Below are positions 25,674-34,985 of a stretch of DNA of 41,306 bases, piece by piece (positions within the stretch are counted from its first letter, which is position 1; the number at the start of each line of letters is the position of its first letter). The DNA comes from Crocinitomicaceae bacterium (lineage in GTDB: Bacteria; Bacteroidota; Bacteroidia; Flavobacteriales_D; Parvicellaceae). The position numbers and the translations under genes were made by a program. Under the pieces are notes generated by a model. That model ran no database searches. It was not told the DNA's origin and saw nothing but the letters and a program-made list of their open reading frames with translations. Location of the stretch: contig JBELEU010000002.1 in assembly GCA_042093455.1 (NCBI GenBank), forward strand, positions 1-41,306, written 5' to 3'.

Positions 25674-28121
25674 TTACCTTAGTTCAACATTTAATTCTTT
25701 AGTGATTTTTTCTTGAATTTGTTTCATTACTTTATCTACTTCCTTGTCTGTAAGAGTCTTTTCAGCATGTAAAAATTCAAACCTTAATCCATAAGCTTTT
25801 TTACCAGGAAGGTTTTTTTTATTTCTATAAACATCAAATAAAGAAATATTTTGTAGTATTTGATTTTTAACTGATTTGACACATTTAAGAAGTTCACTAA
25901 AGGTGGTTTGTTCATTGACTAAAAATGAAAGATCTCTGTAAACCTTTTGGAATTTATTAATTTGTTGAAATGAACTATTTGATTTGTATGCGTAAGGTAG
26001 GATGGCATCCCAGTTTAATTCTGCGATGTAACAAGTTGACGTTACGTTCATTTTTGATAGTAATTCAGAATTTAATAGTCCTATTTTTACTATTTCTTTT
26101 TTCTGATAACTTATTGTGATTCCTTCATCCCATATTTCGTGGGGAGTTAGTGCTGTTTCTTGATAGTTATTTAACCCCAATAGTTCAAGAATACTATGAA
26201 CAAGGCCTTTTAATTGAAAGAAGCTTGTAGAAGATTTCCCATTGTACCAATGCTCTTCGTTTTGCAATCCACTAAGACCAATTGTTAAGTGTTGCTGCTC
26301 TTTAAATTTTTCGTTTTTCGTTTGGTAGACTTTTCCCCATTCAAATAATGCACAATTGGCTTCGCCATGGTTTTGATTGGTTTTAATAACCTCAATCAGG
26401 TTGTATACTAACGATTGACGAAGAATAGCTGTATCCTTACTTAAAGGATTTAATAAAGACACATGTTGAGAGTCTAAATTAGTGGTACTTTCAATGGCTT
26501 GAATGTATGATTTTTTTGAAAGTGAATTAGAAAGTATTTCGTTTACCCCTCTACTTGAAAGATGATCGCTAATTCTCTTTTGCAATTTAACTGCATTTCG
26601 AGCAGGTGTAAAAGACATGGAACTTTCTAATTTGGTTGGTAATTCAACTTTATTGTAACCATAAATTCGCAATACTTCTTCAGCTATATCAGCCTCTCTT
26701 GTTACGTCATTTCTATAATTAGGAACCAATAGGTCAGCTGTATTTTCAGTTGTTTTGGTTACTTGAATATCGAGTAAATTTAAAATGTTGTTCATTTCTT
26801 GGTTACTCAATTCAATGCCGCAAAGTTTTCTAATGTTAGAATAGTTTATTGAAACCTCAATTGGGCGATCTTTTACAGGATGTACGTCAATTATTTCAGA
26901 GCATACATCACCTCCAGCAACAACATGCATTAATTCTGCAGCCATGACCAAAGCAGGAATAACCATAGCGGGGTCTACACCTCTTTCAAAACGGAAAGAA
27001 GCATCAGTGTTTAAACCGTGTCTTTTGGCGGTTTTCCTTGTGCTTACAGGTTCAAACAAAGCACTCTCAATAAATACGGTTGTGGTACTCTCTTTGACTC
27101 CCGATTTTACACCACCAAAAATACCTGCTAAACACATTTCATTAGTGTTGTTGCAAATCATTAAGTCGTTTTCGTGGAGTTTACGTTCGGTTCCATCAAG
27201 AGTGGTGAAAAGTTGATTCTTTTTAGGGCACCTAACTTTAATTGTATTTCCTTCAATTTCAGCTAAGTCAAAAGCATGTAAAGGCTGCCCGAGTTCGTGC
27301 AATACAAAGTTGGTAGTATCCACTACATTGTTAATGGGTTTTAAGCCAATAGATCTTAGTTTGTTTTTAAGCCAATCAGGACTTTCATTTACAGAAATAT
27401 TTTCCAAAATTAAACCAGCATATCTATGGCATTTATCTTCTTGATCAATTACAACTTTAAAGTTTTTATAATTCTCTGATTTAGACCATTTTTTTGCCTC
27501 TGGAAGTAGTTTTAAAGCAGTATTGTTTGGGACGAGTTTTTGGTGCTTTAATGCAACGAGTAAGTCTCTTGCTACTCCATAATGACTCATGCCGTCTGCA
27601 CGATTGGGGGTTAAGCCAATTTCAAAAACGGTGTCGTCTTCAAGTTTAAAATAGTTAGCAGCTGTTTGCCCCACAGTAGCTTTATTGTCAAGAACCATGA
27701 TGCCATCGTGTTCTTTGCCCAGCCCTATTTCATCTTCAGCACAAATCATCCCATAGGAACTAATGCCTCTAATTTTAGCTTTTTTAATGGTAAAAGGCTC
27801 ATCATTTGTTGGATGAATGGTTGTTCCTGGGACAGCAACCACTACTTTTTGCCCTTCGGCTACATTTGGAGCCCCACAAACAATGGTGCTTAATTCATCG
27901 TTCCCAATGTCAACTTTAGTGACATTAAGCCTGTCAGCATCAGGATGTTTTGAAACCTCTGTAACATGACCAATTACCAAACCTTTAAGTCCTCCTTCAA
28001 CACTATTAAATGTTGAGGTTCTTTCCACCTCTAAACCAATATCGGTTAAAATTTCAGCAACTTTTTTTGCTGATAAATCAATAGGAAGAATGGTCTTTAA
28101 CCAATCGAAGGAAATATTCAT
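25674..28121 (-). CDS. pheT: Phenylalanine--tRNA ligase beta subunit
   Basis: 815 aa. It has the canonical N-terminus MNISFDWLK..., a tRNA-binding (OB) domain, B3/4 and B5 regions, and a C-terminal FDX-ACB-like domain. Confidence 0.95.
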   Translation of the reverse strand: MNISFDWLKTILPIDLSAKKVAEILTDIGLEVERTSTFNSVEGGLKGLVIGHVTEVSKHPDADRLNVTKVDIGNDELSTIVCGAPNVAEGQKVVVAVPGTTIHPTNDEPFTIKKAKIRGISSYGMICAEDEIGLGKEHDGIMVLDNKATVGQTAANYFKLEDDTVFEIGLTPNRADGMSHYGVARDLLVALKHQKLVPNNTALKLLPEAKKWSKSENYKNFKVVIDQEDKCHRYAGLILENISVNESPDWLKNKLRSIGLKPINNVVDTTNFVLHELGQPLHAFDLAEIEGNTIKVRCPKKNQLFTTLDGTERKLHENDLMICNNTNEMCLAGIFGGVKSGVKESTTTVFIESALFEPVSTRKTAKRHGLNTDASFRFERGVDPAMVIPALVMAAELMHVVAGGDVCSEIIDVHPVKDRPIEVSINYSNIRKLCGIELSNQEMNNILNLLDIQVTKTTENTADLLVPNYRNDVTREADIAEEVLRIYGYNKVELPTKLESSMSFTPARNAVKLQKRISDHLSSRGVNEILSNSLSKKSYIQAIESTTNLDSQHVSLLNPLSKDTAILRQSLVYNLIEVIKTNQNHGEANCALFEWGKVYQTKNEKFKEQQHLTIGLSGLQNEEHWYNGKSSTSFFQLKGLVHSILELLGLNNYQETALTPHEIWDEGITISYQKKEIVKIGLLNSELLSKMNVTSTCYIAELNWDAILPYAYKSNSSFQQINKFQKVYRDLSFLVNEQTTFSELLKCVKSVKNQILQNISLFDVYRNKKNLPGKKAYGLRFEFLHAEKTLTDKEVDKVMKQIQEKITKELNVELR

Positions 28122-28172
28122 ATCTGTAAATGAGGTTTATGGCGTGTAAAATTAATGGGTTTTATCAAGTGA

Positions 28173-28182
28173 CAAAAATATA
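28173..28182 (-). promoter_or_regulatory. Candidate -7 promoter box for pheT (TATATTTTTG on the minus strand)
   Basis: Contains TATTTTTG, which matches TAnnTTTG. It lies 51 nt upstream of the pheT ATG. The identical 10-mer occurs in mirror orientation at 28251-28260. No clear -33 element was found. Confidence 0.35.
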
Positions 28183-28250
28183 CTTAGATAAAATGTGGTT
28201 GCTTAATTTTCAACTAATTCATACAAAAAGGTATATGCAAATAAAATTTT

Positions 28251-28260
28251 TATATTTTTG
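28251..28260 (+). promoter_or_regulatory. Candidate -7 promoter box for tRNA-Phe (TATATTTTTG)
   Basis: Contains TATTTTTG, which matches TAnnTTTG. It lies 14 nt upstream of the mature tRNA 5' end. No clear -33 element was found. Confidence 0.4.
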
Positions 28261-28274
28261 GCGACTCAAATGTT

Positions 28275-28350
28275 GGTGCCTTAGCTCAGTTGGTAGAGCA
28301 ATGGACTGAAAATCCATGTGTCCCTGGTTCGATTCCTGGAGGCACCACCA
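28275..28350 (+). tRNA. tRNA-Phe (anticodon GAA), CCA encoded
   Basis: Folds by hand as GGTGCCT-TA-GCTC-AGTTGGTA-GAGC-A-ATGGA-CTGAAAA-TCCAT-GTGTC-CCTGG-TTCGATT-CCTGG-AGGCACC-A-CCA. It has a perfect 7-bp acceptor stem, G18G19, a TTCGATT T loop and anticodon GAA. There is one U51-U63 mismatch in the T stem. Confidence 0.95.
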
Positions 28351-28355
28351 TCTTA

Positions 28356-28384
28356 AAAGCTCCCTTTTTTAGGGGGCTTTTTTT
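28356..28384 (+). terminator. Rho-independent terminator after tRNA-Phe
   Basis: AAAGCTCCCT-TTTTT-AGGGGGCTTT forms a 10-bp stem with one U-G wobble and a 5-nt loop. It is followed by TTTTGTTTT. Confidence 0.8.
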
Positions 28385-28395
28385 GTTTTCAACAA

Positions 28396-28427
28396 TTTGT
28401 GTCGATAAATTCTATTATTTAGCTTTG
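28396..28427 (+). promoter_or_regulatory. Candidate Bacteroidota sigma-A-type promoter (-33 TTTG, 20-nt spacer, -7 TAGCTTTG) for the histidine kinase gene
   Basis: TTTG at 28396-28399 and TAGCTTTG at 28420-28427 fit the TTTG-N19-21-TAnnTTTG pattern described for Bacteroides and Flavobacterium. The -7 box ends 8 nt before the TTG start, implying a very short leader. Confidence 0.45.
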
Positions 28428-28435
28428 TAACAACA

Positions 28436-29374
28436 TTGAAGAAATCGCCTAACAAAAATAGAACACTCATTGTACTTTGCTTATTAATAAGTTATGTATT
28501 GCTCCAGTTTTTTTGGTGGGGTTATCATATAATTTCACTAACACAAAAGGTGAATGGTGATGAAACCTACGTAACTAGAAGATTAGGAATGATAATGGGC
28601 GAAGCAGTTGTGTTTGTCACCTTGATTGGGATTGGAGCTTTTTATGTTATAAGATCTTTTTACAAGGAATTTTCATTAGCTAAAAGACAAAAAAACTTTT
28701 CACTTTCTGTAACGCACGAACTAAAAACTCCAATTGCTTCTTCTCGACTATTTGCAGAAACACTTTTAAATAGAAAAGAACTTTCTGAGGAAAAAAAACA
28801 AAGTAGTCTGGAGAAAATAATACAGGAGCAAGATCGACTACAACAATTGGTTGATAAAATATTACTAGCAAGTTCAATTGGTGAAAGTGATCAAAAACTT
28901 TCTTACAAACCCATTGCCATTAAGAGTTTTGTTGACAATATTATCGATTCAAATTCCTATTACAATAATATTGAAAATAATATCATAGAAACGTTGGTAC
29001 TCCCTATAGATGATTTCTTTTTCACATCTGTTATTCAAAACTTGTTAGACAATGCAAAAAAATATTCTTCTGAAGAAGATGCAATAACTATTGAGTCTAG
29101 GATTGATTCATCTCATGTTTCATTGTCTTTTATTGATAAAGGTATTGGGGTTCCTGAAAAAGAAAAAACTAAAATATTTGAACAGTTTTATCGTGTTGAA
29201 GACGAAGAAACAAGGTCATCTAAAGGGACAGGATTAGGTCTGTATTTGGTAAATGAAATTGTAAAAATGCATGGAGCAAAGATTTTATGTAAAAACAATT
29301 CCCCAAAAGGAAGTATTTTCACTATTCAATTTAAATTAGACAATGTCAAAAAAAGTAGCATTACTCATTCTTGA
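28436..29374 (+). CDS. Small membrane sensor histidine kinase with no adjacent response regulator
   Basis: 312 aa with a TTG start. It has two TM helices separated by a roughly 20-aa loop. Motifs are H box SVTHELKTPIAS, N box QNLLDNAKKYS, G1 DKGIGV and G2 GTGLGL. The 3' end overlaps gpmI by 32 nt. Confidence 0.85.
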   Translation: MKKSPNKNRTLIVLCLLISYVLLQFFWWGYHIISLTQKVNGDETYVTRRLGMIMGEAVVFVTLIGIGAFYVIRSFYKEFSLAKRQKNFSLSVTHELKTPIASSRLFAETLLNRKELSEEKKQSSLEKIIQEQDRLQQLVDKILLASSIGESDQKLSYKPIAIKSFVDNIIDSNSYYNNIENNIIETLVLPIDDFFFTSVIQNLLDNAKKYSSEEDAITIESRIDSSHVSLSFIDKGIGVPEKEKTKIFEQFYRVEDEETRSSKGTGLGLYLVNEIVKMHGAKILCKNNSPKGSIFTIQFKLDNVKKSSITHS

Positions 29375-30848
29375 TGGATGGGGACTTGGAGATGAAAATA
29401 GTTCTGACGGAGTACACTTGGCTAACACCCCATGTTTTGATAACCTGTTAGCTACTTGTCCAAATAGTAAATTAACAACCTTTGGGTCTAAAGTTGGCCT
29501 CCCTGAAGGTCAGATGGGTAATTCTGAAGTGGGGCATTTAAACATTGGTGCAGGAAGAATTGTATACCAAGATTTGTTAAGAATCAATAATGCTATCGAG
29601 GATAAATCATTCTTTAATGAAATAACAATAATTAATGCTATTGATTATGCAAAAAAAAATGGTGTGAAAATCCACCTTATGGGATTAGTGTCTAAGGGTG
29701 GTGTTCATTCTTCTTTTGAGCATTTGACAGCTCTGTGTGACTTATTTCACTCTAAGAAAGCAGATAATGTATTTATTCATGCTTTTACAGATGGTCGAGA
29801 CTGTAGCCCCAAATCAGCATTTGAAACAATTAAAGAGCTTGAAAACAAAATTCAAAATACCTCAATAAATATTGCTAGTGTAATAGGACGTTATTATGCA
29901 ATGGATAGGGATGAAAGGTGGGAAAGAATTAAGAAGGCATATGACTTATTGATTCACCAAAAAGGGGCAGTGGTTAACTCAGCATCAGAAGCTATAATAC
30001 ATAGTTATGCTAATAACATTACAGATGAATTTATTGATCCATATGTAATTGAGAATTCTAATGGAAAGATAGCAGATAATGATGTGGTTTTATGTTTTAA
30101 TTTTAGAACAGATAGGTGCAGACAAATCACATCTGTTTTAACGCAGAAAAGTTATTCATCTCAAGAAATGCAGCCTTTAAATTTGCATTATCTTACTATG
30201 ACTAACTACGATAAAGCTTTTAAGAATATTAAAGTTGTTTACGATAAAGAAAATCTTATTAATACTATCGGAGAGGTGATAAGCACCAATAATAAAACAC
30301 AGTTAAGAATTGCTGAAACCGAAAAATATCCTCACGTGACTTACTTTTTTAGTGGAGGAAGAGAACTTCCATTTAATGGAGAGTCTAGAGAAATGGCAAA
30401 GTCTCCTGATGTTTCTACTTATGATTTGAAACCTGAAATGAGCGCTTATCAAATAACCAAAATAGTAAATTCTAATATTGAAGAAAAAGCACCAGATTTT
30501 ATTTGTTTAAATTTTGCTAATCCAGATATGGTTGGTCATACTGGTGTGCCAAAAGCAATAATTAAAGCATGTGAAACGGTTGACACTTGTTTAGAAATGG
30601 TAATGGAAACAGCATTGAAAAATGAATATAGCATAGTTGTAATTGCAGATCATGGAAATGCCGATAAAATGTTTCATATTGACGGTACACCACACACCGC
30701 ACATACCCTTAATTTAGTTCCGATGATTGTTATTGATAATAACGTTGATCATGTTGAAAATGGGATTTTAGCAGATGTAGCTCCCACCATACTTTCTTTA
30801 ATGGGAATAAATAAAGCTAAGGAAATGACGGGAAAAAGTTTGATTTAG
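29343..30848 (+). CDS. gpmI: 2,3-bisphosphoglycerate-independent phosphoglycerate mutase
   Basis: 501 aa with LLILDGWG, GNSEVGHLNIGAGR, FTDGRD and the ADHGNA motifs typical of iPGM. Confidence 0.95.
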   Translation: MSKKVALLILDGWGLGDENSSDGVHLANTPCFDNLLATCPNSKLTTFGSKVGLPEGQMGNSEVGHLNIGAGRIVYQDLLRINNAIEDKSFFNEITIINAIDYAKKNGVKIHLMGLVSKGGVHSSFEHLTALCDLFHSKKADNVFIHAFTDGRDCSPKSAFETIKELENKIQNTSINIASVIGRYYAMDRDERWERIKKAYDLLIHQKGAVVNSASEAIIHSYANNITDEFIDPYVIENSNGKIADNDVVLCFNFRTDRCRQITSVLTQKSYSSQEMQPLNLHYLTMTNYDKAFKNIKVVYDKENLINTIGEVISTNNKTQLRIAETEKYPHVTYFFSGGRELPFNGESREMAKSPDVSTYDLKPEMSAYQITKIVNSNIEEKAPDFICLNFANPDMVGHTGVPKAIIKACETVDTCLEMVMETALKNEYSIVVIADHGNADKMFHIDGTPHTAHTLNLVPMIVIDNNVDHVENGILADVAPTILSLMGINKAKEMTGKSLI

Positions 30849-32605
30849 TTTCTAATAATTTGCACTGAACCTACAATAGTTATATTTAAACCTTCATTAT
30901 TTGGGGTGCTATATTCATATTTTTTGGAATTGGGGTTCAATTGATAGTAATACACCCCATCAGGAAGATTTTCTCCACTTTTATAGTGTGTCCCAGTCCA
31001 ATCGTATTGATAGTTAGACGTTTCGTACACAACCTTACCCCATCTATTTAAAATCAATAAATAGGGTGATGGATATTGTTTTAAATTAACTGGAATGAAG
31101 AAATCATTTTGCCCATCATAATTAGGAGTGAAAATATTTATGGGCTCAATAGGGCACTGATTCCACACCAAACAGGAATCGTGAATTTCTTTGTTGCAAC
31201 CATCGTAGATACTTATTCCATAATAAGAGGTTGAATCAGGACTGATAGAAATTTGTGAAATATTACTATTTCCATTTGACCATTGAAGATCGATAGGTTC
31301 TATGCCACCACTCCAATTAGCCACTAAATTTGCATATTCATTGTTTTTTGAACAAATGTTTATGCTATCAACTAATGATAAACTTAGTGGCGTATAGTCA
31401 CTAATATATAAAACTGCAGTTGATGTGTCCATTTGACCAAAACACCTTTCAAAAATCACATTTAAAACAACTGTTTCTGAAGGCTCGCTAATAGAATCTA
31501 GATTAGGATAAATAAATATAGTATCAGAAAATTGTCCTACAGGAATAACTAAACTGTCTCCAATTAGTGGGTAATCAACACCAGGTGTTGCTGTGCCAGC
31601 AAGATTAAAATAAACAATAAAATCTGTTGAAGCATCATCTCTTTCAAAATTAAAAAATGCAGCATTACATCCTTCATATAAAATAGTGTCACCCTCTGCA
31701 ATGCCACTAGAAACACCAATGTTATTGGAAGAGAAACTGCCTTCTTCTAGAAACACACCAGAATCATAACTCGAATCACCTCCATCCCCAATTGCCAGCT
31801 TAATGTGGTAGGTGGTGCCACATGTAACAACTGCTTTTGCTGTCAGCACTACAGTTTTCCCATCGTATTCAATATTTCCGTTAGAGTTGTTAGTGTAAAA
31901 AACATTATATGTTGCCCAATTGGGGTCAATTGAACTGCAAGTTGCTGAAAACCCAAAGATTCCTGGAAACCCAGGGTTTACTGTGTTAATAGAAACTGGG
32001 GTATTGGTATATGTGCTAGGATTATTTGGATTTGGTATTAAAGCTATGTTTTTAGCATTATAGTTTGTTCCATTTGGATTGATTCCAGTTAAAAAAAAAC
32101 CAAAAGCATCATTAACACTTCCACAGACATACTCTTCATATTCTTCTGAGGCAAAAACATAATTAAAAGCAATGGTGTCTCCTTCTGGAATAAAATCAAA
32201 TTCTATTACACACTCATCATAGATTTGATTAGCTGTAATACTTTGTAAATCAGCGTCTGTTCCAGGGTTTCCAGAGCCACCAAGACTTGCGCCACTAGAA
32301 CTATTATTTTGGCCTGCAAGTTGGACATCGCCAGATCCTAATATAAGGCCGCTTGGAAGGCCTGTGGCGGCACTATTATTATCTAAAAAAGAACCAATTT
32401 GTTCGTTGTTGATATTAGCGGATCCTCCATTGAATTGTATGTTTGAAACACTTACGCCACTCCCAATTAGAACAGTTTGAACATATTGTGCAACAGTCAT
32501 GCTGTTGTTGTTTATAGAAACCTGTGCAGAAAAAGAGCCCAAAAAAAGTAACGTTAAAGCAACTGAGTAAGCAGTTGGGTTGATGTATTTATTTATTATA
32601 AACAT
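30845..32605 (-). CDS. T9SS cargo: choice-of-anchor-L-like N-terminal domain plus gliding-associated (type B, CHU_C-like) C-terminal sorting domain
   Basis: 586 aa with a signal peptide. N-terminal segment AQYVQTVLIGSGVSVSNIQFNG...GLILGSGD. C-terminal segment INIFTPNYDGQNDFF...LNRWGKVVY...WTG...LPDGVYYY is typical of the gliding motility-associated C-terminal domain. Confidence 0.8.
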   Translation of the reverse strand: MFIINKYINPTAYSVALTLLFLGSFSAQVSINNNSMTVAQYVQTVLIGSGVSVSNIQFNGGSANINNEQIGSFLDNNSAATGLPSGLILGSGDVQLAGQNNSSSGASLGGSGNPGTDADLQSITANQIYDECVIEFDFIPEGDTIAFNYVFASEEYEEYVCGSVNDAFGFFLTGINPNGTNYNAKNIALIPNPNNPSTYTNTPVSINTVNPGFPGIFGFSATCSSIDPNWATYNVFYTNNSNGNIEYDGKTVVLTAKAVVTCGTTYHIKLAIGDGGDSSYDSGVFLEEGSFSSNNIGVSSGIAEGDTILYEGCNAAFFNFERDDASTDFIVYFNLAGTATPGVDYPLIGDSLVIPVGQFSDTIFIYPNLDSISEPSETVVLNVIFERCFGQMDTSTAVLYISDYTPLSLSLVDSINICSKNNEYANLVANWSGGIEPIDLQWSNGNSNISQISISPDSTSYYGISIYDGCNKEIHDSCLVWNQCPIEPINIFTPNYDGQNDFFIPVNLKQYPSPYLLILNRWGKVVYETSNYQYDWTGTHYKSGENLPDGVYYYQLNPNSKKYEYSTPNNEGLNITIVGSVQIIRN

Positions 32606-32724
32606 TGAAGACTCAAACTTAAATTAATTTTCATTTATAAAACGTGAAATGAGGGTTAAGGTTGCTCATCTCTTTTAAGTGTAAAGTAAATATTGACAAT
32701 ATTTTTAAAGTTAAAAACGAAATG

Positions 32725-32732
32725 TATATTTG
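32725..32732 (+). promoter_or_regulatory. Candidate -7 promoter box TATATTTG
   Basis: Matches TAnnTTTG and lies 19 nt upstream of the ATG at 32752. The nearest upstream TTG (32693-32695) is too far away (29 nt) to be a canonical -33. Confidence 0.3.
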
Positions 32733-32751
32733 AAACCTAAACCTTAATAAG

Positions 32752-34137
32752 ATGGTGCAAGAATACATAAACAAAAACAAGGATAAGTTTTTAAATGAAT
32801 TAAAAGATTTTTTGAGAATACAATCTGTAAGTGCTGATCCAAAATTTAATAGTGAAGTTCAAAAAGGAGCAAAGTTTTTAGAGGAAAAACTACAATTAGC
32901 AGGTGCAGATAATATTTGTATTCACGAAACTGCTGGACACCCAATTGTATATGCAGATAAAATTATAGATAAGAATCTTCCAACTATTTTAGTGTACGGA
33001 CATTACGATGTTCAACCAGCAGATCCTTACGAATTATGGGACTCCGATCCTTTTGAACCTGTAGTTAAAGATACTCCTATTCATCCTGATGGTGCCATTT
33101 TTGCAAGAGGAGCATGTGATGATAAAGGACAAATGTTTATGCATGTAAAAGCTTTTGAAGCAATGTTAAGTACTGACAATTTACCATGTAATGTTAAGTT
33201 TATGTTTGAAGGTGAAGAAGAAGTTGGGTCAGCAAACCTTGAAACATTTGTAAGAGAAAACACTTCTTTGTTACAAGCAGATGTTGTATTGGTATCTGAT
33301 ACTGGTATCATTGCCAATGATACTCCTTCTATTTGTGTAGGTCTAAGAGGCTTAAGTTATGTTGAAGTTGAAGTTACAGGTCCAAATAGAGATTTACATT
33401 CTGGACTATATGGGGGAGGAGTTGCTAATCCAATCAATGTTTTATCTAAAATGATAGCCTCTTTGCATGACGATTCAGGAGCGATTAATATACCTGGATT
33501 CTATGAAGATGTTCAGGAAGTTTCGACTGCTGAAAGAGATGAAATGGCAAAGGCTCCATTTGATATTAATTATTATAAAAAAGATTTAGAGATTGGTGAT
33601 GTTTCGGGAGAAAGAAGTTTTTCAACCAATGAAAGAACGTCTATTAGACCTGCTTTAGATGTTAATGGAATTTGGGGTGGATATACTGGTGATGGCGCAA
33701 AAACTGTTTTACCCTCTAAGGCGTATGCTAAAATCTCTATGCGTTTGGTACCGAATCAAAAATCAGAAAAAATCACAAAATTATTTTCAACCCACTTTGA
33801 GAAAATCGCTCCACCATCTGTAAAGGTAAAAGTTACTCCACATCATGGTGGAGAAGGAGTTGTGATTCCAACAGATTTTACTGGGTATATGGCTGCAAAA
33901 AGAGCAATGGAATCCTCTTTTGGTAAGACACCAATACCTGTAAGAAGCGGAGGAAGTATTCCGATAGTTCCTATGTTTGAAGAAGTGTTGGGTCTTAAAA
34001 CGATATTACTAGGTTTTGGATTAGATTCTGATGTAATACATTCCCCAAACGAGCATTTCGGATTATTTAACTTTTACAAAGGAATCGAAACTATTCCTTT
34101 GTTTTATAAAAATTTTGCAGAACTAAATAAAAAATAG
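32752..34137 (+). CDS. M20 family metallopeptidase (dipeptidase-like)
   Basis: 461 aa with VYGHYDVQPA, GACDDKGQ, FEGEEEVGS and a C-terminal HSPNEH region, typical of the M20/M25/M40 ArgE/DapE/CPG2 family. Confidence 0.85.
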   Translation: MVQEYINKNKDKFLNELKDFLRIQSVSADPKFNSEVQKGAKFLEEKLQLAGADNICIHETAGHPIVYADKIIDKNLPTILVYGHYDVQPADPYELWDSDPFEPVVKDTPIHPDGAIFARGACDDKGQMFMHVKAFEAMLSTDNLPCNVKFMFEGEEEVGSANLETFVRENTSLLQADVVLVSDTGIIANDTPSICVGLRGLSYVEVEVTGPNRDLHSGLYGGGVANPINVLSKMIASLHDDSGAINIPGFYEDVQEVSTAERDEMAKAPFDINYYKKDLEIGDVSGERSFSTNERTSIRPALDVNGIWGGYTGDGAKTVLPSKAYAKISMRLVPNQKSEKITKLFSTHFEKIAPPSVKVKVTPHHGGEGVVIPTDFTGYMAAKRAMESSFGKTPIPVRSGGSIPIVPMFEEVLGLKTILLGFGLDSDVIHSPNEHFGLFNFYKGIETIPLFYKNFAELNKK

Positions 34138-34139
34138 TT

Positions 34140-34595
34140 ATGCGAATTGGTGTATTTGTTTGCTTAATTTTTTTTTTAAATTCTTGTGTTTCGTATAAGC
34201 CTATTCAGTTTATTGGTTTAAATGATGTATCCTTTAGCGAAGGAAATTATTGCGAACCGATGTGTGTTTCAGTTTCTGTTTATAATCCCAATACTTTCAA
34301 AATAGCTATTAAAAAGGCAAATGTTCTAGCAACAATAAATAAAAATGATTTGGGAAGAATAACGGTCAAGGAGAAATGTTTTTTACCCCCATTAAAAAAC
34401 ACAGAATTACGATTTGCTGTTAACACCACAAAGTCAAACCTTGCTACGAGTCTTTTGAAGTCACTAAATATTTTGCTCGGAAAAAAAATTTATTTACAAC
34501 TTAACGGTAAAATAAAGGTTAAAGCTTATGGTTTAGGTGTCAAAGTCATAGTAGAAGAAAGTTTAGAATTAGATTATAAGTCTATCATAAAATAA
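34140..34595 (+). CDS. Small lipoprotein, LEA_2 / NDR1-HIN1-like fold suspected
   Basis: 151 aa with lipobox FFLNSC. It is beta-rich, with the pattern VSVSVYNPNTFKIAIKKANV typical of LEA type 2 proteins. It starts 2 nt after the M20 gene stop. Confidence 0.5.
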   Translation: MRIGVFVCLIFFLNSCVSYKPIQFIGLNDVSFSEGNYCEPMCVSVSVYNPNTFKIAIKKANVLATINKNDLGRITVKEKCFLPPLKNTELRFAVNTTKSNLATSLLKSLNILLGKKIYLQLNGKIKVKAYGLGVKVIVEESLELDYKSIIK

Positions 34596-34630
34596 CTGCG
34601 TAATTACTTTACGTTGTTAGTTTAGATATT

Positions 34631-34656
34631 AGTATTGTAATTAAAAAAACAATACT
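34631..34656 (+). promoter_or_regulatory. Perfect 7-bp inverted repeat AGTATTG-N12-CAATACT abutting the start codon of the 108-aa gene
   Basis: Read directly: agtattg taattaaaaaaa caatact ATG. It could be an operator for a dimeric regulator or an RNA hairpin occluding the initiation region. Function is unknown. Confidence 0.35.
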
Positions 34657-34983
34657 ATGGAATCCCAAAATCAACTAACTAATAATTTATTTGAAGTTCA
34701 TTTCATTATTCATGAAAAAGACGATAATGCTGTATTGTTAAATGGAGCGTACATGATTAACAATAAAAAATATTTTACTGACATTCCAGTTGATTTTTTA
34801 AAGTTTAGTCATATGTGTGAAAAATCAATAGGCCTTGATAAATCCAAGTCTATTTGGAATAGATTGTTTAATAATAACGACTTGGTAGCTGAAGTTTCAC
34901 CAAAAAAACACATGAATTCACCTATGTTCTTCAACCCAGAAGACCTAGGTATATATAATAAATATAACTTAAAAATCGCATAA
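34657..34983 (+). CDS. Hypothetical soluble protein (108 aa), first gene of an orphan pair
   Basis: Intact ATG ORF with no signal peptide or TM helix and no motif I recognise. Its stop lies 2 nt before the next ATG. Confidence 0.6.
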   Translation: MESQNQLTNNLFEVHFIIHEKDDNAVLLNGAYMINNKKYFTDIPVDFLKFSHMCEKSIGLDKSKSIWNRLFNNNDLVAEVSPKKHMNSPMFFNPEDLGIYNKYNLKIA

Positions 34984-34985
34984 TC

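Noticed and set aside
28122-28172. A T-box riboswitch or Phe-rich attenuator leader peptide upstream of pheT.
   Set aside because: The minus-strand leader is only about 50 nt, contains no ATG-initiated mini-ORF and no Phe codon run, and is far too short for a T-box.
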